64,000 nt of DNA from Anthoceros angustus (taxonomy: Eukaryota > Plantae > Anthocerotophyta): NCBI GenBank assembly GCA_010909165.1, contig VJWM01000103.1, forward strand, positions 434,001-498,000, written 5' to 3'. The notes under the pieces are model-generated. The model worked only from the letters and a program-made list of their open reading frames with translations, did no database searches and was not told the origin of the DNA. A program made the translations under genes and the position numbers. Position 1 is the first letter of the stretch, and the number at the start of each line of letters is the position of its first letter. Below, piece by piece: positions 56,390-64,000 of this stretch.

Positions 56390-56847
56390 TTCTCGGCTGC
56401 CTTCCGAATATTTGCGAACTGGACTAAGAAGGGCGCTCTTGATCAGGGCATGTCACTGCTACACCTTCAACTTCTCGTGGTGCTCCATTTCGCACGTTCC
56501 CATTCTGCGATGTCCACCGCTTATGCTGCCCTCGCTACAACGCATTATTCTATTGCTCTCGGCCAACATCCCGATGCTTTGCTTTGAATGGTGGTGCTCC
56601 TTTTCTCGTGGCATCGCTCACCCCTCGCCACTTGGTCCAGGCTTCACCCTCTCTACCTTTACTGTGCCTATGTCTTTATTCTAACTTATGGAGCCTACAC
56701 ACATAGATCATTACCGAGTCCATTCCCTAGGTACATAGTTAGTCTTTAAAAACTAACGACCAATGATTATTACATTTTTATTTCTGTTCACATATACCTA
56801 GTGAATTTTGGAAAACAGACGAATCTAACCCAACCTCCAAGACCATG

Positions 56848-57446
56848 GAATACCGATCTGGTCACGCGGCATCCACATTTTTTTAACATTGTGGACAGAA
56901 AGAAATAGTCTCGCCGCATATGGCGCAACCCCATGATGCACACAAAGCTTTCACGATACATAGAAACTTTTCTTCTCTCGGGTTTAGGGTTGCGTTTAGG
57001 GTCATTTGCGTTGCCGCGCCATTGCAGGCCATATGTCACGGTTGCTTTTCTACCTTGTTTACATTGCGTTCTTTGCCTCACTCATCGTCTGTTTTTGTGA
57101 GTCCCTTACGTGCAAGGTCATAGTGTTTGGCACTAGCATGTCTAGCCGCGTTTCCTGCCCTATGAGGCCTGAGTGTGTGTCTTGGCCACCTTAAACATGT
57201 ATGTGTGGTAATCGGAACCCTAAAACCCTAAACAAGAAAACATGTGTATGACACAATCGGAACATCAGGCTATCATCGTGTCATAGAAAGTTTTTGCCCC
57301 GCGTATGAACCTACAAAGGCTGATGTGGTACGTATTATACGTGTATTATATGCAAGTATCTAAAAGATGCCATGGCATATTTCCGTAGCATGCACCGAAG
57401 AAAAACAAAGTCACACATACGATGCCGAGTGACCAGATCGGTATTC
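56848..57446. mobile_element. ~600 bp non-autonomous TIR element (MITE/foldback-like)
   Basis: 26-bp inverted repeats GAATACCGATCTGGTCAC(G/T)CGGCATC at 56848-56873 and 57421-57446 (1 mismatch); no clear TSD. Confidence 0.75.
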
Positions 57447-58379
57447 ACTATAACAATGAAGCCCGATTTATTACATGACTGGAATGACGTTGCCCATTGC
57501 CGTAATGTCCGTGTAATACTTGACTTGCCACGTCACGATACCTTCTGGTACCGGTGCGAACGGGCGACCGCCTTATTACATCTGCAAAACCGTCATTGCA
57601 GGTTTCTTAGAGTGAAGGCAAACACTGGGATGACCTGCACGGCGACACGCTGGCGGTAATTGTCTGGCGTCCAACCCGTGCCTGTTGTCGTCACGTCATC
57701 AGGCCGTATGTCGAAAACGTCACCCAGCTGCTCATGGCATTCACACGTTCCGGCCAGTCCAAGACGATATGCCTAAATATTTTGTGGACGATGGGCATTG
57801 ACGGCCATGTGTGGGAGGCCGGTCTACGGGCCCTGCCGAAAATGTACCATCTACGCTCGATTTTCTTGAACCATGCTCACACAATGGGGCACATCGGCCC
57901 CAAAACAGCAAATCGAAACGAGCTGGAGGGCCTTCCAACCACGGGCGTGCTGCCAATAACGTTTGTCAGATACACACAAGACGGGGCGGAGCCCATGTTC
58001 TGGCGAGGTGGATGAAAAACTGAGCCTATGATCTTTCAAGTGCAAAACAGAGGGCGATTTTGAAACACCGGCCACAAATCAACACATTCCAATGCCCTAC
58101 TTTACTCACAACCCGCTCAAACCCTCTGCACTACGCGAAACCAGTATGTGTTTCAGAAACCATCTACCCCATCAGAAAGTCCGGGAGTTCCCAGCGAACT
58201 TGACCTCCAAGGCGAGTCCGGTTCGGTGCGAAGAAAAGGCATACACTTCCCGAGACACCAAAACATAGCCTTTGCGATTCCCAGCGGAGTGGCAAGCTCG
58301 CACAATTAAATCGCACCTCAAGGACATGATATAGAGATGCAGTTGGGACGGAAATCGCACGCCACAAAGGGTTCATGTC

Positions 58380-59189
58380 TCACAGATGAAAGGCACCTTG
58401 ATGCATAGCCCACGCCCCGATATCAATCACGTCCTCAAAATTGCCATCTTCCCCTTCCCCTTGCAAGCTCCGGCCAAGCAGGCCACGCAAAGCTTTCTCA
58501 GGGCCGGACCACATAACGAGTCGCTCTTTCTGCCACATAGGGCCCACAGTGCGATACAGCATGTCCATGCCCTCATCCGTCCACTTCACCCACTGCAGCT
58601 CAGACTCTATTGCATCCCGCAGATATGGTTCTCCAAACACTGGGGGTGGGACTTTTAGCTCCTCCCCAAAAATTGGCGCATTTTCAAACACCAGGATATC
58701 AAATCGGCTTGCCAACAGGTGACAATTGAAGAGCATGCGGCAGTGCGACATGCCAATCTCGACGATAGTGCTGATTGTGACAAAGCCTTCCCCTTTGCGC
58801 ATCACCTCTATCACATTAGCGCCGATTTCACCCAGCTCTTTCGCGCGCTCCACCCAATCATCACCCAACCTAGGATGGCAGCCAACAAACCACGGTCGCG
58901 GAGGTCCCCACTTCTCCTTCCCCCGAACTGCCCATGGTCCTGCATCACTATTGCATAATCGCCTATACGAGTACTTTGGGTCTGCGGACAATATTCCTGG
59001 TGCCTCCAGCAGCTGCATTCGCCAACGCCCTTTCCCCTCATGGTGGACTGGAACGGGCTCTACGTCCTCCCGCATGTATGCGTGTGCACATGTATACTCC
59101 CCACATGTGAAGACGGAGGCTTGATTCCACTCAAAGCATGGCTTCGCTGGTAGACGCGTTGTGCACAATGCTTTGCAAAGTTTTGCCAT
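58380..59189 (-). CDS. Hypothetical protein, probably 5'-truncated by the Copia insertion
   Basis: 269-codon intronless ORF; coding-like sequence continues to the LTR at 59339. Confidence 0.45.
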   Translation of the reverse strand: MAKLCKALCTTRLPAKPCFEWNQASVFTCGEYTCAHAYMREDVEPVPVHHEGKGRWRMQLLEAPGILSADPKYSYRRLCNSDAGPWAVRGKEKWGPPRPWFVGCHPRLGDDWVERAKELGEIGANVIEVMRKGEGFVTISTIVEIGMSHCRMLFNCHLLASRFDILVFENAPIFGEELKVPPPVFGEPYLRDAIESELQWVKWTDEGMDMLYRTVGPMWQKERLVMWSGPEKALRGLLGRSLQGEGEDGNFEDVIDIGAWAMHQGAFHL

Positions 59190-59243
59190 CTCGGCATGTC
59201 GAGAAGGGCTCGGGCTCGATGGCCTTCATCGGATGAGCCGCCA

Positions 59244-61212
59244 GAGGAGTTACAGCCAGGCGGTAGTCGATGCCCATCGACTTTCCTCAAACATTATGCT
59301 TCCTCTTCAACAACTACTCCTTCAAAACAGCAAGCCGGTGTTCAGCCGACCATGTTTGTGATGAAATAGGTCTAGCTTAGGGCACTATTCATTAGGGCCT
59401 CATTACTTAAACATTAAATTAGAGCTAGGGCTTTGGGTAGTTAGTTGTTAAGTTAGTTAACAACTTATAGTTGCAACAACTTATAGTTGCAACAACTTAT
59501 GGTTACAACAACATATTGTTGTAACCACCACCACCACCTATTTAAAGGCTTGTACTTTACTCATTAATCAATTCATTCCATTGTTTCTCTTCTATCTAAG
59601 AGCTATTGATTCTCATCATGGTATCGAGCATTTAGCTCTTTGTGCTTGAGCACCTCGCTTCCTTATGCTCTAGGCAATTTTCTCCAATGCTTTTGCGTTT
59701 GTAGTACTTCAAATGAAGATAATGCGTGGAGATTTCGCCTTTAGAGAATCATCCGGTGACCAGCACAATGATGCACACATTGTGCATCAATTTTCTGCCC
59801 TCCATGGATTCCTTTAATCCAAGCATAAGAATTTAGGAGGAAGATCAAGGCTTCAAAGAAGAAGAAACAACATCAAATCAAATCTTCTTACATTCGAGGA
59901 GTTGCAGTGCCATCAGGCCGATGTCGATGCCCATCGACTTTCCTCAAACATTATGCTTCCTCTTCAACAACTACTCCTTCAAAGCAAAGTTAGTTTGGGG
60001 TGTTCACCGACCATGTTTGTGATGAAATAGGTCTAGCTTAGGGCACTATTCATTAGGGCCTCATTACTTAAACATTAATTTAGAGCTAGGGCTTTGGGTA
60101 GTTAGTTGTTAAGTTACATAATAACTTATAGTTGCAACAACTTATGGTTGCAATTACTTATGGTTACAACAACATATTGTTGTAACCACCACCCACCTAT
60201 TTAAAGGCTTGTACTTTACTCATTAATCAATTCATTCCATTGTTTCTCTTCTATCTAAGAGCTATTGATTCTCATCATGGTATCGAGCATTTAGCTCTTT
60301 GTGCTTGAGCACCTCGCTTCCTTATGCTCTAGGCAATTTTCTCCAATGCTTTTGCGTTTGTAGTACTTCAAATGAAGATAATGCGTGGAGATTTCGCCTT
60401 TAGAGAATCATCCGGTGACCAGCACAATGATGCACACATTGTGCATCAATTTTCTGCCCTCCATGGATTCCTTTAATCCAAGCATAAGAATTTAGGAGGA
60501 AGATCAAGGCTTCAAAGAAGAAGAACAACATCAAATCAAATCTTCTTACATTCGAGGAGTTGCAGTGCCATCAGGCCGATGTCGATGCCCATCGACTTTC
60601 CTCAAACATTATGCTTCCTCTTCAACAACTACTCCTTCAAAGCAAAGTTAGTTTGGGTGTTCACCGACCATGTTTGTGATGAAATAGGTCTAGCTTAGGG
60701 CACTATTCATTAGGGCCTCATTACTTAAACATTAATTTAGAGCTAGGGCTTTGGGTAGTTAGTTGTTAAGTTACATAATAACTTATAGTTGCAACAACTT
60801 ATGGTTGCAATTACTTATGGTTACAACAACATATTGTTGTAACCACCACCCACCTATTTAAAGGCTTGTACTTTACTCATTAATCAATTCATTCCATTGT
60901 TTCTCTTCTATCTAAGAGCTATTGATTCTCATCATGGTATCGAGCATTTAGCTCTTTGTGCTTGAGCACCTCGCTTCCTTATGCTCTAGGCAATTTTCTC
61001 CAATGCTTTTGCGTTTGTAGTACTTCAAATGAAGATAATGCGTGGAGATTTCGCCTTGAATCATCGGTGACCAGCGACAATGATGCACACATTGTGCATC
61101 AATTGTCTCTCATGGATTCCTTTAATCCAAGCACAAGAATTTAGGAGGAAGATCAAGGCTTCAAAGAAGAAGAACAACATCAAATCAAATCTTCTTACAT
61201 TCAGGAGGAGTT
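59244..61212 (+). repeat. Three tandem ~655 bp units (flank + LTR + PBS + leader)
   Basis: LTRs 59339-59618, 60001-60277, 60658-60934, each followed by TGGTATCGAGC; units bounded by GAGGAGTT at 59244, 59896, 60554, 61205. Confidence 0.92.
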
Positions 61213-64000
61213 TGACCTCAATTCTCCTCAGATTGATGTTTTAGAGGCACAAGTATGTTGTCTCATTGAAGCCCTTTTGTCTAAGTCAGGAGATAGAGTA
61301 CAAGATATCATTTATGCTCGTAAAGCTCTCCTTTCTACATTTAGCCTTTATCAATATAGTGCTATAGAGTCTGCCATCTCTAAGTACATAAAAAATAAGG
61401 CTAGTATCTTCGCTCCTAATCCAGATCATCTGCAGCAATCTCTTGATTCCATTAGAGCAGAACTTAGAATAAATCACTCTGCTATCAATGAGAAATTGAC
61501 TTACAATACACAACAAATCAATATTATCACTGATAGACTTGTTGACCGAGACCTTTCACAAGGTCTCTTCTCACTTGATTGTAAGTCTGCAGATTCGATG
61601 ATGATGCAGAAATTCATAATTTGAAGAAATGTTGTACCGCCGCGCCTCTTTCCCGCAAAACAATGCAAGAAGGCGTGTCAACCACGGCATAACCCGCATC
61701 ATTAAAATTACTTGCAATGGTGGGGTCGGACGATCTCGACGTGGATATTGATGACTTCAGAGCAAAATTTTTACCAAAAGACCAAATGGCTTGAAGAACA
61801 ACAATCTATATGGCGAGATGAATGGGAGCAATTTAAAAGGGAAGAAAAGGAGAAAGCTAAAAGCGTAATGAATCCAAGCCTCAAGTGATTCAAGGTGACA
61901 ACTTTAAAGACAAAGATAGATTCAACGGCAAGGTACGATGTATGGCAACACGTGCCCAAGGTGTCTCTGTACGCGACTTATGGAATATTGTCAGATGCGG
62001 AAGAATGTTCCACTTGGGACTCGATGCTATAGATGAATGGGAAGCCAAAGATCGGAGGCAGACGCGTTTTAATGAACGGACTTACCAAGCGATGGTACTC
62101 CAAGTTGCGACGCAAACACCGCAGAGATGTGGGAGAAGTTAGCTCGACTTTATGCCTCCAAAGATGGAATGAGCTTATTGATCGCCACACGTCACTTATA
62201 TACTATAAGGATGAAGGAGACGATTCCTTACAACAACACTTGAGCAACTTCCAGACAAAGAATAATTTCAATGCATCCTCAAGAAAACTTACAGAGAAAC
62301 AAACTTTTATTGCTCTCCTCGCCAGCTTGCCGCCCTCCTATAGGCCCTTTGTGACAACGCAAAATGCGGTCCTTAGAGCTGCACAAAAACAGAAGAAATT
62401 AATGGGCTCCACAACGCTGGATATCAGCGTAAGTGAATTAATTGGAGCACTTATTGAGGAGGACGCAAGCCGTCGAAATGAAAATCCCCGATCAGCCCGC
62501 CAGCAAGTAATGTACAGACGCAGAGGAAGAGGACGTGGCCGAGGCGGAAACTTCACTCCTAGACCGACTCCTACTCAAAATTTTCAAGGAACATCCACTT
62601 CTTCATTTAAACCTTCAAAGGCATGAAGAAGGCTGGAGTTACCGCAATTGGTGCAAGATGACCAAAATATGGTGAGCCAAAGAAGGAGGTCACCTGGAGC
62701 ACATGTTGCCGTTAAGAAGAAGCCCTCCACGGCAACTCCATCAAGATTTCATCGCTTGGCAAGTTCCAAGCCATCAAACCAAAATTGGTATTTAGACAGG
62801 TGCAACATCTCATATATGTCACGACCTTAACTTTTGAGTCGTATTCGCCATCAAAAGGACAACAAACAGGTGCTCTAGGCGACCATAACCTCACCATATT
62901 TGGTGTAGGTTCCGTGGCATTAAAGTGCTCCACCAGTTCTTACTCTCCCATGTCCTTTATGTACCCTCCATGTGCAAGAATCTAGTGTCACCGCTAGTTT
63001 ATGTCAAGAACATAACATGCAAATTATCCTTGAAGCCGATTTGTGTCTCCTTTACTATCATACTAATAAGTATCACACAACTGCCTGCACACTAGAAGAT
63101 GGACTCTATAAACTCGGTCAAGTGGGTCCGTTACACCTCATCAATGTAGCCTCCCATTCCACTCTTCAAGCACCATGCTTTGGCATCGATTAGGTCATCC
63201 GAATAGCCAAAAGCTTATCCAAATGTCTAAGGAAACTGTATAGAACTCCTGTATTCCTAAACTTGAACCTCTCCGTGAAGTCATAAGCGTCATAAAGCTC
63301 CATTCCACAATCCATCCCCTCGAGGGCTAGGCACCCTTAGAGTTGGTTCACACGGACATTTGTGGTCCGATATCCGCACCTTCATTTAGTGGTTGTAGAT
63401 ATTTTTAACCTTCATCGATGATTATTCCGGTTCGTCCTCACCTACATCCTCCGCCATAAGAGTCGCCTTTTCTTTCTTCAAAGAATATATGATGTGGGCA
63501 GAGACTTAAGACAGAAGCTTAAAACTCTTCGCTCCGATAATGGAGGAGAGTTCACTTCAAATGAATTTGCTGAATTTGCTGAAGGTATAGCGCAACAACT
63601 TAGTGTGGTACACACACCTCAAAATGGCGTAGAAAACAAAATTTACGCCTCCGGAGATCACATGTTTGCTCACCCAAGCTACATTATCTAAAAGTTATTG
63701 AAGCTATATTGACAACATATCTCCTTAATAGACCGACTTCCGGTCAAGGCATGACTCCATATGAAGCTTTCTTGGGAGAAAACCTTCTATTGATCATTTA
63801 CGAATCTTGGATCCCCGCTATGTGTTCATCCCCAAAGTACAACGCAAGAAGTCTGGATCCCAAGGCAGCCAAATATACCTTTATTGGCTACAGAAGGCAT
63901 TAAGGGTTACAAGTTATTTGACCCATCTACCCGAAAGCTCATTTATGCTAGGAGCGTGACCTTTCATGAATCTCATATTCTTTCTCCTATTATGGGGCAT
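60658..64000 (+). mobile_element. Ty1/Copia element (5' LTR, PBS, gag, PR, INT), continues beyond the window
   Basis: LLASLPPSYRPFVT (gag), WYLD (PR), LELVHTDICGP, LRSDNGGEF, LDPKA..TFIGY (INT). Confidence 0.9.

Overview
Eukaryotic nuclear DNA from a compact-genome, probably non-seed land plant (short GT-AG introns, LEA/CYP85-clan/WOX13-like/bHLH genes; hornwort-like is an inference). 1-22 kb is a nest of retrotransposons. Its host element is a Ty3/Gypsy whose polyprotein reads gag(2x CCHC)-protease-C5 cytosine DNA METHYLTRANSFERASE-RT-RNaseH-integrase-PHD finger, followed by an AT-hook and extra ORFs. That is a retrotransposon carrying its own methylation writer and a chromatin reader, and it is the main finding. 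It is interrupted in gag and in RT by long TG..CA-type insertions with coiled-coil ORFs, and is followed by a full-length Copia (LTRs, PBS, TSD TGGAA). 22-38 kb holds three LEA genes, a CYP85-clan P450, a LINE/Copia remnant, a duplicated LEA-P450 block and a bHLH gene. 38-59 kb holds tandem repeats, WDR70, an ankyrin-MEKK kinase, an unknown ORF, a WOX13-derived gene with a collapsed homeodomain, an intronless glutathione peroxidase and a TIR element. The window ends in a Copia whose 5' junction (flank+LTR+PBS) is triplicated. TE reading frames are riddled with small indels, possibly unpolished long-read errors, so domain coordinates there are approximate.
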